Below are positions 47,831-57,315 of a DNA stretch of 64,000 nucleotides, in pieces. Position 1 is the first letter of the stretch. The number at the start of each line of letters is the position of its first letter. The notes under the pieces were generated by a model that was not told the origin of the DNA, did no database searches, and worked only from the letters and a program-made list of their open reading frames with translations. Source of the stretch: Verrucomicrobiia bacterium (GTDB taxonomy: Bacteria > Verrucomicrobiota > Verrucomicrobiia > Limisphaerales > UBA1319). The position numbers and the translations under genes were made by a program. The stretch covers positions 2,400,001-2,464,000 of the forward strand of contig OY760937.1 in NCBI GenBank assembly GCA_963664225.1, read 5' to 3'.

Positions 47831-49282
47831 ATGAATTTTCTTTTGACCACTCCGGAATGGGCAGTTGTTGGCATCGGCCTGGTGTTGATCCTGTTGGACT
47901 TGTGGACGGCCCCGCAGCACAAGCACCTGCTGAACTACGCCGGAGTGGCTTTGCTGGGCCTGGTGACTGTGGCGGTGTTCGCAATCCCATCCGCAGCACC
48001 CCAGTTCGCTTTTGGCCGTATGTATGTGGTGGACGCGCTGGCGCTCTTTTTCAAAAAAATCTTCCTGCTCGCGGCCCTGGCCGTGCTGGTCATGGGCATG
48101 CAGGACGCGCGCGACACCGCACGCGCCTCCGTTGAGTATTCCGCGCTGGTTCTCTTCGCGCTGGCGGGAATGATGTGGGCCGCCTCTTCGAACGATTTCA
48201 CGATGCTGTTCGTGTCGATCGAACTCATCACGGTCACTTTCTACGTCCTGGTCAGCTTCCAACGGGAGCGGGTGGATTCATTGGAGGCAGGGGTCAAATA
48301 CCTGATCCTGGGTGCGTTGGCGTCGGCTTTCATGGTGTTCGGAATTGCGCTGATCTTCGGCGCATCCGGTTCGCTATCCTTTGAACAAACGGCCGCTTAT
48401 TCGCAGGCGCCGGACCAGAACCCATTGTTCCAGCTGGGCCTGGCCTTGCTCATGATCGGCCTGGCCTTCAAAATCGCAGCCGTTCCCTTTCAATTCTGGG
48501 CCCCGGATGTTTATCAAGGCGCGCCCACGCCCACCACGGCTTTTCTGGCCGTCGGCTCCAAGGCGGCGGGTGTCGTCCTGCTCCTGCGCGTCCTGTTTCA
48601 AGCGGCGCCCGGTGTTCTGCTCCATTGGCAACCGCTGATCATCGTCGCCTCGGGCGCCACCATTTTATACGGAAACCTCTGCGCCATTCCACAGCGCAAC
48701 CTCAAGCGCCTGCTGGGCTATTCGAGCATTGCCAACGCCGGTTATCTTTTGCTGGGCGTGGCCGCGATGAGCGTGGCGGGCACATCTGCCGTTCTTTACT
48801 ATCTGGCGGGCTATTTATTTACTCTGATGGCGGCATTCACGGTCATCTGTGTGGTTATGAGCCAGATCGACACGGCCGATATCAGCAGTTTTTCGGGGTT
48901 GCACCGTCGTTCCCCTCTGCTGGCGGCAGCCCTGGCTCTGGCCATGATTTCGCTGGCCGGGATTCCTCCAATGGCGGGATTCTTCGGTAAATTTCTCATT
49001 CTCAAGGCTGTGGTTGCGGCGGCATTGGTCAACCCCATGTGGATGGGATTATTGATCACGGCGCTCGTCGGCATTCTGATCTCCTTTTACTATTACCTGC
49101 GCGTGGTCAAAGCCATGTATTGGAGTGTTCCACGCGAAGAAGCCCAAACCATCACCTTAAGCCCCGCTGTCCGCTACGCGCTCTACACCAGCATCGCCGG
49201 AATGTTCTATGTTGGTTTGATGCCGGACCGGATCCTGGAATGGACCCGACAGGCGGCGCTGGTTCTCCAGCACACTCCCTGA
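47831..49282 (+). CDS. nuoN: NADH-quinone oxidoreductase subunit N
   Basis: EAGVKYLILG, FKIAAVPFQFWAPDVYQGAP, KRLLGYSSI, LAGIPPMAGFFGKF, YYYLRVVK. Confidence 0.92.
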   Translation: MNFLLTTPEWAVVGIGLVLILLDLWTAPQHKHLLNYAGVALLGLVTVAVFAIPSAAPQFAFGRMYVVDALALFFKKIFLLAALAVLVMGMQDARDTARASVEYSALVLFALAGMMWAASSNDFTMLFVSIELITVTFYVLVSFQRERVDSLEAGVKYLILGALASAFMVFGIALIFGASGSLSFEQTAAYSQAPDQNPLFQLGLALLMIGLAFKIAAVPFQFWAPDVYQGAPTPTTAFLAVGSKAAGVVLLLRVLFQAAPGVLLHWQPLIIVASGATILYGNLCAIPQRNLKRLLGYSSIANAGYLLLGVAAMSVAGTSAVLYYLAGYLFTLMAAFTVICVVMSQIDTADISSFSGLHRRSPLLAAALALAMISLAGIPPMAGFFGKFLILKAVVAAALVNPMWMGLLITALVGILISFYYYLRVVKAMYWSVPREEAQTITLSPAVRYALYTSIAGMFYVGLMPDRILEWTRQAALVLQHTP

Positions 49283-49319
49283 AAGGTGTCAGAAAACCTG
49301 TGCGACCCCGGGCGGAAGC

Positions 49320-50774
49320 TTACTGCAACCGGCTGGCGGTGAAGGCGACGCGGTATGTTTTCGCCGGATCGCAATCGACAGGATTGGGTACGAGAATGAA
49401 ATTGTCCGTCACGACGGGGTTCATATCGTTGCCCGCAATGATCTTCACGTCGCGCACCCGATACGGCAAATAGGCGAGAAAGGGCCGGCCACCGCGCTGA
49501 GAGCCGTTCAGATTGACGGGCTTGAAGCTCTCCGCGCCGCGCCTGGGCATTATATCCAAGGTGAACGTGCCATCATTGACCGTGAGCGTCTGATCGAATG
49601 CCTTGGGTCGGTCAGCCATGCGCGCCTGCCACGCGGGATCTCCGTAAAACGCCAGCGTGTCCCGATCATAGAGCAACCCGAGACCATCCTGCTTCGTGAG
49701 TCCCGCCGCTTTTGCCGCGTCGCTGGGAACGGCTTTTTCGGAGTTGCGCTCCACAACGCCCGTCTCCTGTTTGAGCAACTCGGGAAAATACGTATCAAGC
49801 CGGTTTTCCAGCGCGATTTGATTGGCCAGGAAGGCCTCGTTGAAGGTGTAACGGCCCGGTTGCTCGACAAAATAGTCCAACACGCCCCAGCCTGCGTAAC
49901 CATACCATGTCGTGACCGTATAACCGATCATCTGACGAACCCCGGCGCTGTTCATCCAGGCCGTGGCCATGCAGTCGGGACGGTCAATATGTCCCATGAG
50001 ACAATTGCCGATGGGCATGTAAATTTTCGGATTGGGCGAATGGATGGGTAGTATCCGCTTTTGCGTGTCCTCGCCGAAGAGCTTTCCGCTGGCGTGCTTG
50101 AAGAATCCGTTGCGGTAGCTGAATCCAATCATCCAGTCATGCTCGGTGGCGTGGCCGGAGGTCACAAACAAATCCGGTTGTTCGTCGTTCAGGGCATTTA
50201 CGAGCGATTCGGTGCTGTCGTCCGGGGATTTAACTTCCTGGACGGCGCCGCTTTTTGATTTTCGGACGGACTTGCCTTTTTCCAGTTCGCTGTACGTAAC
50301 GCCTTCCTCAATCATGTCCATGGCCAACACGGTGCCGCTTGCAACTTTGCGGAGGGTCAGGGTTTGGTTTTGTCGCGCGATTTCAAGCGCATTCGCAGCA
50401 TCGTAACCGGTGAGAATACCCCAGAAACAATCCGTGTAGGGATCGTCGTCCAACCGGCGTGTCAACCGGTGAACCTGCTCCACGAACTCACGCGTGGTCT
50501 CCGCAGGTTGCGCGACAAAACAGGCATGGCGCGGGAACTGGATTTTGAGCGCGGGCAGCGATTCGTTCACGGAGTTGGTAAAAACGATGATGCCCGCCGT
50601 GTGTCGTGAGGCCAGAGCATCCACAACCTGTCGCCAAGCGGTGTCAGCCGCTGTTTTTGCGGAAACGACGATGGCGTAGTCCGGAGACGCAGAGAGGACC
50701 AGTGACGTCAGAACCAATGAAAAAGCGGGGGCGAAGTTGCGGACCAAACTCAGTAAACGAATTCTGATGAGCAT
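49320..50774 (-). CDS. Secreted clan-CD (gingipain/C25-like) peptidase-fold protein
   Basis: DDDPYTD..WG, FVTSGHA (His), IGNCLMG (Cys), FYGDPA. Confidence 0.55.
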   Translation of the reverse strand: MLIRIRLLSLVRNFAPAFSLVLTSLVLSASPDYAIVVSAKTAADTAWRQVVDALASRHTAGIIVFTNSVNESLPALKIQFPRHACFVAQPAETTREFVEQVHRLTRRLDDDPYTDCFWGILTGYDAANALEIARQNQTLTLRKVASGTVLAMDMIEEGVTYSELEKGKSVRKSKSGAVQEVKSPDDSTESLVNALNDEQPDLFVTSGHATEHDWMIGFSYRNGFFKHASGKLFGEDTQKRILPIHSPNPKIYMPIGNCLMGHIDRPDCMATAWMNSAGVRQMIGYTVTTWYGYAGWGVLDYFVEQPGRYTFNEAFLANQIALENRLDTYFPELLKQETGVVERNSEKAVPSDAAKAAGLTKQDGLGLLYDRDTLAFYGDPAWQARMADRPKAFDQTLTVNDGTFTLDIMPRRGAESFKPVNLNGSQRGGRPFLAYLPYRVRDVKIIAGNDMNPVVTDNFILVPNPVDCDPAKTYRVAFTASRLQ

Positions 50775-50850
50775 CTTGAATAACAATACGAGTTTAGTTT
50801 GTCCTGCGGCCAAGCCTGCAGCCGCCGGAAGCAGTGCGCACCTGGTAATT

Positions 50851-51102
50851 TCAGCGTTCGATGTGCATCGTCTTCTCGAATTCATCGGAAAACTGCTTAA
50901 TGACTGCGACAATTTTCTGAGGCTGGTCGAAAAAATGGGTCAAAACGCGTGGAAGGGCCTCCGGCTTTTGGGAAAGCAACTCTGAAGCCGATGTTATCAG
51001 GCCAAGATAATTATTCACCGCATGGCGCATTTCGGAGAGCTTGTCATTCAGCTCATTGATTTCGTGCGCGCTCAAGGTGACCGAAATTCGATTTGTGGGC
51101 AT
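50851..51102 (-). CDS. Stand-alone HisKA/DHp-like small protein
   Basis: 83 aa, helical; H-box-like MRHAVNNYLGLI...SELL. Confidence 0.65.
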   Translation of the reverse strand: MPTNRISVTLSAHEINELNDKLSEMRHAVNNYLGLITSASELLSQKPEALPRVLTHFFDQPQKIVAVIKQFSDEFEKTMHIER

Positions 51103-51151
51103 TGTTCCCGCAACTTACCAAGAATGCTCAAAATTGGCATCGAAATAATAC

Positions 51152-51184
51152 AAAAAAGAGGCCGGAGCGAACTCCGGCCTCTTT
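51152..51184 (-). terminator. Rho-independent terminator after the giant surface-protein gene
   Basis: Minus strand AGAGGCCGGAG-TTCG-CTCCGGCCTCT followed by a T run. Confidence 0.85.
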
Positions 51185-51215
51185 GCGTTAGAATCTGCTG
51201 AATTTCAGCCGCAGA

Positions 51216-54200
51216 CTATTGGTTCAATCGGAACAACTTGTTTTCCGTGTCCAACGGGACGAGGACCTTATTCATGTCGCCATCCACCGTCACAGGCTGC
51301 TGAACCGGGGTCCAGTTGCCATTGATGCTGCCGGACTCGAGCACGAGCTTCTGGTCGGTGACCGGCCAGGCGACGACGATGTTTCCACCGTCACGCGCAA
51401 TGGTCAGGCTCGTGATCTGGCTGGTGAAGAATGCACCGGCCATCGTATTGCCCACGGTATCCTTGATCTTCTCAATCCATACCACCACCCGGTTATTGAG
51501 CGGGGCGGTCATGGCGATGACCACCGTCATGCCATCAGGTTGGAGTGTGGTTGAGTAAACCGGAATTCCCGCCACCGTATAGACGATGTAGTTATCCGCG
51601 TTTGTGGCAGTCGTCGGATCCACCGGCTCGTTGAACTTGACGATCAGGTTCGTCGAGTTCATGACGCTGGTGATGGAAACCACCACGGGAGGCTCCGTGT
51701 TCGGAGTGACGGTAAGCGTCGCCGAGGAGCTGATCGCCGAGGCGCCAGGAATGAAGACCAGCGCGCGAATCAGGGCGCCGTTCTCGATGGACTGCGGCGC
51801 TTGAATGGTCAACGTGGAACCATTGGCACCCGCGAAGTCGGTCCATTGGCTCGAACCGGCCAGCTGCTCCTGCCACTGATAGTAAACATTGGTCGAGGAG
51901 GCGTAAACAGCGACACTGAAGGTGGCTTTCCAACCCGCAACCACAGTGACGTTCACCGGCTGGTTGGTCACGAACAATGTGGCGTCCGGAGTGGCATAGT
52001 AGCCCACATAAGCGCCGGAGATCGGAGCCGCTCCGTTGCCCGGAGTGGTCGTCACGCCTGGAGCTGTCCAGGTCACGCTCACGTAGTCAGCACCCGTGCC
52101 CTGCGCCGAAAGGACTTCGACGTAGTAGGACTTGCCGGCTTCAAGGGCGACTGTGGCTGATTTCTGCTCGGCATTCTTGCCGTATTCGCGGAAACCGGTC
52201 GAGGTCGTCACTTTGGCGACAAGCGCCTTGCCCGAGGCTTGATCGTTGCTGCTCAGGTAGAGCTCGCTCTGGCCGGAGCTGGCGATGTAGAACGTGTAGT
52301 TGCCCGATTGCGCCGGAACAATGAAGCCCGTGAGGCGCTGGCTGTAGTTTTCCACACCTGTGTTGGCTACTTCCAGAGTGTTCGCGTAGCTGACGGAGTC
52401 CGGACTATTCGGATACTTGGCGCTGCCCTTGAGGTTGCTCAAAGGACTGCCAATGCCATTCCAAACTTCACGTTTGACAAGCGCCTTGCTGAAGGTCCAG
52501 GCGGAGAACGCCTTGATGCTGCTGGCAGGCACCATCAAACCAGCGCTGGATTGGACGTTTTTGACGGACAGGGTGTAAACCTCGCCGGACGTCTGCTTGC
52601 TCGTCTTCAACGTCACCATTGTGCGTGTGGAATCGATGGTCGCGCTCGAAACCGTCAGACCATGATCGAACACGTAGTTCCCGGCAACAGTCGCGCTGGA
52701 AGCCAGCATCGGCTCGCTGAAGGTCACGTAGGCCGTGTCCAGATCAGCGCCACCCGACACCGCCGCGATCGTCGGATAGGTGTAAACCACATTCGTGGCC
52801 AGTTGATAGTCGTGGAATTTAGCCACTGTGGTGGTTCCCACAGAATTATTATGGGCCGAGGCCGCCATACCCACGAGGACCTTGTTGGTGAACACCATGG
52901 TCAGGTTGCCGCGTTGTTCCCATTCGGTGCCATTGACGGAGCGCAAGACTGTGAATTGGTCGCCCATGCGGATCAACCGAATCCAGGCATTGGGATAGGT
53001 CACAGGATTGGCCGTGTTACCCCAACCCGTCGTGCCACCATTGGTGTCGGCACGATAGTTTTGCTCCCATTGATTGACGCCCGCTGTGGGACCGACAACC
53101 GCACTCAGATTCCGGCTGCCGCCGTTGGTGCTTTCGCGCACCATCAAGCCAGCCTTGGTCCAGTTGTCCGTGACGTAACGGAGGCTCTCGACGCGAACGC
53201 GGACATCGAAGTCACCCGTCAACTCCTGATAGGTGAAGTGGAAACCATCGGCATTGTTCCAAATGTCGCTGCCTCCGGCCACCATTTCGAAGTCCTTATC
53301 CGAATACCCCCAGCTCAAACCGGGCTGAATAGGATCCGTGAAGATCGGCAAGCCCGTCTTGGAATCGGATCCCACGGTGCCAATATCCGTATCTTTCATG
53401 CGGATGTTGGTGCTTGTGACTGAGTTGGTGCAGAGATTTCCAGCCAGGTCCGCTACCTTGGGCGCTTTGACGATGCGCGCCTCCACGATGGGCAACGAGA
53501 ACGTGATGCGAACGATGCTGCTTTCGGCACTGTAAGCCATGTTCGTGATCGTGCCACGGCCACCGGTGATGGTGTAATTGCCGGAGGCGGTTGCTGTTCC
53601 CGAGTTGAGCGGCTTGCTGAACTTGATGAACAGGTCGCGGCTGGCGTAGAGCGAACCGACAGAAACGATCGCCGGAGGAGTGGTGTCTTTGTTCACCGTG
53701 AGGGTCACAGTCTGGCCCACAATCGTCGCATAAGGAGTGATCACATCCACGCGATACGTGCTGCCACTGTCTGTGGTTGCCAGCGACGGAGTCGTGTAGC
53801 TGGGCGTTGTGGTGGTCGCCACGAGATTGGTCCCGTTTTGATACCACTTATAGAGGTAGGGGCCAGGGCCGGAAACCGCCACGGTAAACGTGGTTGCCAG
53901 GTTTTCCACGGTGGTGACGTCGCTCAATTTCGTCGTGAAGTCGAACGGAGCGGGAATCACAGGGCCGAAGCCGCTGAGGACCGCCTTGGTGTTGCCGCCG
54001 CCGCCATTGTTGCTGCCGACGCAGATGCCGACGTAAACGGTGTCAGGATAGGCGCCGCCGTTTGCAGCGGTGTCCCGTTGCGCATACAAGCTCCAATCCA
54101 CGCCGTTCGAGCTGGTAAAGCCGTAGATGATGGAACCCAGGCGAGCCAGGCGAATCCATGTGTTCGGATAGCTGGCATCCCGGCCGGAGGTGCTGCTCGA

Positions 54201-56810
54201 ACCGCCGCCATTGGAATCACGCCATTGGAAGGCATAAAGACCCTTGCCGCTGTTCAAACCGCCACTGGGTGTCGCAATAAGATTCACATTGCGGCTCTTG
54301 CCGTCGCTGTTGACGTCCGTGCGGACCATCCAGCCCGCCTTCGACCAATCCGCCGCTTTGTCAAGCGACTCAAGGCGAACTTTATAGTCGAAGTTGCCCG
54401 TGAATTGCTGATAGGCGAAGACCATCGAGTCGTTGTTGTTCCAGATATCACCCGTATTGGCCGTGATGCTGGCCTTGTCACCGGTGACCGAGGAACTGAA
54501 CGGATTGTTATTCGGAATGGCGAACCCGGCGACCGTGAAGTTCATCGCATAGAGACTCAGGGTCGTGTTGGCCACCACGTTGCCAGCCGCGGTGGTATCC
54601 TTGACGTTCTTCACATCAACGGTATAAGCCGCGCCCGAAACCAGTGCGGCATTGAGTGTCACCTGTTTGTCGCTCACCTTGGTGACCGTCACACCGGCAA
54701 CCGTGCCGCTCTGCGATTTGACCACGTAGTTGGCCGGGTTGGTCAAGCTGGCGGAATCCATCAACTTATTGAAGGTCAATGTGATGGTGTTGGTGTAGAA
54801 GGCCAGGCCCTGGACCGTCGGAATCGTGGAGTCCGGCGTGACCGTCAGCGTCGCATTGGTGCTGGCCGCCATGCTGAAGTTGTTATTCACAATCACCGTG
54901 TAAACGGCGCCATTGTCGCCCATGCCGGCGGCGGGGATCGTATAATTAATGCTCGTCGCACCCGAGATCGGCGTGCCGTTGCGATACCATTGATAGGTGT
55001 AAGGAGGCAAACCCTGGATGCCGCTGGTCGGCAATGTGAAGGTGACCGCATTGAGTTCGCCGACCGTCTGGCTGGAGGGACCCTTGGTCAGGCTCATCGG
55101 ACCGTTCGGGCCGAAATACTGCAGCGCAGAGGCGGGAATCGGGCGGTTCGTGTTGGTGATGGCGGGTTCGCCGGGCTTCTGCCAGGTGGCGCTCATGTTA
55201 AAGCCGCCGCCGCCGTTCTTTTCCACCAATTCGATATAATAGCGATTGCCGGCAACCAGGGGAATGGTCTTGGACATCTGCTCGGGCATCTTGACGTAAT
55301 CGTAATTATCCGTCCAGGAATTGTGACCCGCGATCACCACCTTGTTGGCGGGATTTTCGTCGGTGCTCAGATAGAGGAGGACACCGTCGTCAGCGGCCAC
55401 GGCGAACTTGTAATCGCCGGTTGCAGGCGCAACCAGGTAGGCCTGCATCTGCTGAATGGTGTTGTCCCATCCGCTGCCGCTATTGAAGCCTTCGAGGCCG
55501 CCGGTGCGGTAGTAGAGCGTGGTGTAATCGCCCGCCTTGAACGCGTTGTTATTGAGGAAGTCGTTGGTGCCGCCGCCGCCCACATTCGAGTAAGCCTTAT
55601 CCAGCACAACGGCCGGGAGGATGAATGGGACTTGCGTGTTCGCCACAATGGTATTGGGCGTCGTGGCAATGTCTTTGATGCCGCTGACCGTCAACACATA
55701 GGACGTGTTGATGCTCAGTTCGGACACATACAGATCGACCGAATTGGCCGCCGTGCCCGCCGTGGCGCCGTAAATCATCACACCGTTGTTGATGGAATAA
55801 TTGGCCAGATCGGTCAGGGTCGAGGCCTGAATCACCTTCGAGTAGGTCACCGTGATCTTGGTGGGGTCGAACATCGAGGAGGCGATGGAGGAAACAACGG
55901 GTTTGACGGTGTCGGGAATAACCGTCAACTTCGCAACGCGCGTCATCACCACGCCGCTCTTGGCTCCAACGAGCAGGCGGTAGGTGGTGCCATTGTCCGA
56001 GGGCTTCGCCACGAAGGTCAACGAGGAAAGAATCTCGTCCGTGATCGCGACCGTCGGGTTTGGCTTCTGCAGCGAACCGCGATACCATTGATAGCTCACC
56101 GGCTCCGAGGCATTGACGTCCGCGGAGAAGGTCACCGTGCTGTTTTCAGGCACGGTCATATCCAACGGCTGCGTCACGATGCTCGGATCCGCCCAATAGC
56201 TATTGGGATAACCCTGAACATACTGAAGGGGGATCGGCGTGGGAGTCGTACTTCCGGGCTTCAGCCAGGCGATCGTCACGAAATCGTTGCCCGTGCCGGC
56301 TTTGTGAATGGCCTGGAAATAATACTTCTGACCCCGCACCAAATTCATGGAGGCCGAAGTCTGGCTGCTCTGGGCAGTGTAATTGTGGTAGGCCACCGAA
56401 CCCGACACAGAGGCGACCTTTTGCTTGTTGGCCGGATTGACATCCGTGCTCATCCACAATTCGGAAGAATCAGCGCTGGAGATGTAGAACGTGTAAGCTC
56501 CGGTCTGCGGAATTTCAAGGAAACCCTGGAACATGCTGCCATAATTCTCAGGCCCTGGCTGCGTGGGCGGCGGCGCGCCTTCAAGCACGCCTGAAAGCAA
56601 CTCGGATTGCAGCAATGACCCGTCTTTATTGGGCCCATTCGGGAATATCTTCTGTCCGGCAGCGTTCGTCGCATCGGTCAATGAAGCGACAGTTGTCCCG
56701 GGAATATTATCGTAGAAGACTCGCAGAATGGAGCCTGCGTTGGCATAATCGACACTCCACCCGGCCAGGAGAAGCGCCAATATAGAGGCCTTCAAACACT
56801 TACTTCGCAT
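51216..56810 (-). CDS. 1864-aa secreted modular lectin/adhesin-like protein: 3 PA14, 2 ConA/DUF1349-like, multiple Ig and Big-like domains, C-terminal putative sorting domain
   Basis: Signal peptide; 3 PA14 blocks (G.Y.F..S..SEL.LS), Ig blocks with Y(Q/K)WY/YQWQ, DT..P.V-type Big repeats, 2x DIWNN.D...G.FD..VR.ESL...W.KAG.MVR. Confidence 0.88.
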   Translation of the reverse strand: MRSKCLKASILALLLAGWSVDYANAGSILRVFYDNIPGTTVASLTDATNAAGQKIFPNGPNKDGSLLQSELLSGVLEGAPPPTQPGPENYGSMFQGFLEIPQTGAYTFYISSADSSELWMSTDVNPANKQKVASVSGSVAYHNYTAQSSQTSASMNLVRGQKYYFQAIHKAGTGNDFVTIAWLKPGSTTPTPIPLQYVQGYPNSYWADPSIVTQPLDMTVPENSTVTFSADVNASEPVSYQWYRGSLQKPNPTVAITDEILSSLTFVAKPSDNGTTYRLLVGAKSGVVMTRVAKLTVIPDTVKPVVSSIASSMFDPTKITVTYSKVIQASTLTDLANYSINNGVMIYGATAGTAANSVDLYVSELSINTSYVLTVSGIKDIATTPNTIVANTQVPFILPAVVLDKAYSNVGGGGTNDFLNNNAFKAGDYTTLYYRTGGLEGFNSGSGWDNTIQQMQAYLVAPATGDYKFAVAADDGVLLYLSTDENPANKVVIAGHNSWTDNYDYVKMPEQMSKTIPLVAGNRYYIELVEKNGGGGFNMSATWQKPGEPAITNTNRPIPASALQYFGPNGPMSLTKGPSSQTVGELNAVTFTLPTSGIQGLPPYTYQWYRNGTPISGATSINYTIPAAGMGDNGAVYTVIVNNNFSMAASTNATLTVTPDSTIPTVQGLAFYTNTITLTFNKLMDSASLTNPANYVVKSQSGTVAGVTVTKVSDKQVTLNAALVSGAAYTVDVKNVKDTTAAGNVVANTTLSLYAMNFTVAGFAIPNNNPFSSSVTGDKASITANTGDIWNNNDSMVFAYQQFTGNFDYKVRLESLDKAADWSKAGWMVRTDVNSDGKSRNVNLIATPSGGLNSGKGLYAFQWRDSNGGGSSSTSGRDASYPNTWIRLARLGSIIYGFTSSNGVDWSLYAQRDTAANGGAYPDTVYVGICVGSNNGGGGNTKAVLSGFGPVIPAPFDFTTKLSDVTTVENLATTFTVAVSGPGPYLYKWYQNGTNLVATTTTPSYTTPSLATTDSGSTYRVDVITPYATIVGQTVTLTVNKDTTPPAIVSVGSLYASRDLFIKFSKPLNSGTATASGNYTITGGRGTITNMAYSAESSIVRITFSLPIVEARIVKAPKVADLAGNLCTNSVTSTNIRMKDTDIGTVGSDSKTGLPIFTDPIQPGLSWGYSDKDFEMVAGGSDIWNNADGFHFTYQELTGDFDVRVRVESLRYVTDNWTKAGLMVRESTNGGSRNLSAVVGPTAGVNQWEQNYRADTNGGTTGWGNTANPVTYPNAWIRLIRMGDQFTVLRSVNGTEWEQRGNLTMVFTNKVLVGMAASAHNNSVGTTTVAKFHDYQLATNVVYTYPTIAAVSGGADLDTAYVTFSEPMLASSATVAGNYVFDHGLTVSSATIDSTRTMVTLKTSKQTSGEVYTLSVKNVQSSAGLMVPASSIKAFSAWTFSKALVKREVWNGIGSPLSNLKGSAKYPNSPDSVSYANTLEVANTGVENYSQRLTGFIVPAQSGNYTFYIASSGQSELYLSSNDQASGKALVAKVTTSTGFREYGKNAEQKSATVALEAGKSYYVEVLSAQGTGADYVSVTWTAPGVTTTPGNGAAPISGAYVGYYATPDATLFVTNQPVNVTVVAGWKATFSVAVYASSTNVYYQWQEQLAGSSQWTDFAGANGSTLTIQAPQSIENGALIRALVFIPGASAISSSATLTVTPNTEPPVVVSITSVMNSTNLIVKFNEPVDPTTATNADNYIVYTVAGIPVYSTTLQPDGMTVVIAMTAPLNNRVVVWIEKIKDTVGNTMAGAFFTSQITSLTIARDGGNIVVAWPVTDQKLVLESGSINGNWTPVQQPVTVDGDMNKVLVPLDTENKLFRLNQ

Positions 56811-57315
56811 AGGTATCCTCTTCTTTATGATTGGTATTTACAGTACGTAACTGTCCGATTTGACCACAAACCTGAAACTCTGGCAACATAAAAGTAACGC
56901 GTTTAGGTGTTTTTGATTGGAACCCGTCCAAAATCGCATTTTTTGCCGCCCAATTTTCTGCTTGCAGGTCACTTGTCCGGCCATAGCCTCAATCCTGGTT
57001 CTGGCATCGAAAGTGCTCTAACAATCCAATTGCCAAATAGACCATCCCAGGGATGAAGTGCGTCCATTTGGACCACCGTGACCTGGCGGTGACAGCGGGG
57101 GCGGATCAGGCGGTTTTAGCAAAAGGACTATTTGTGTTATATCATGTTAAATGACAACACATTAGAAATTATAACCGGCGGGGTTGTATATAAATAAAAC
57201 GGCCCTGCGGAATGCGGCAGCGCAGATGGAATGGCGGCTGGCATCTTTTTGATTCTGCCGATTCTTATTGCCTGTCAGGTTAAATTTTGGTGAATTCGTG
57301 TTAAATTAACGCGCC

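Noticed and set aside
53838..56594. 918-aa plus-strand ORF (also 52239-53423)
   Set aside because: Antisense shadow of the giant PA14/Ig gene caused by GC codon bias; no protein-like motifs
51135..57012. 11-bp direct repeat TGGCATCGAAA on both sides of the giant gene (51135-51145 and 57002-57012)
   Set aside because: Short enough to be chance; no transposase, integrase or inverted ends to make it a target-site duplication
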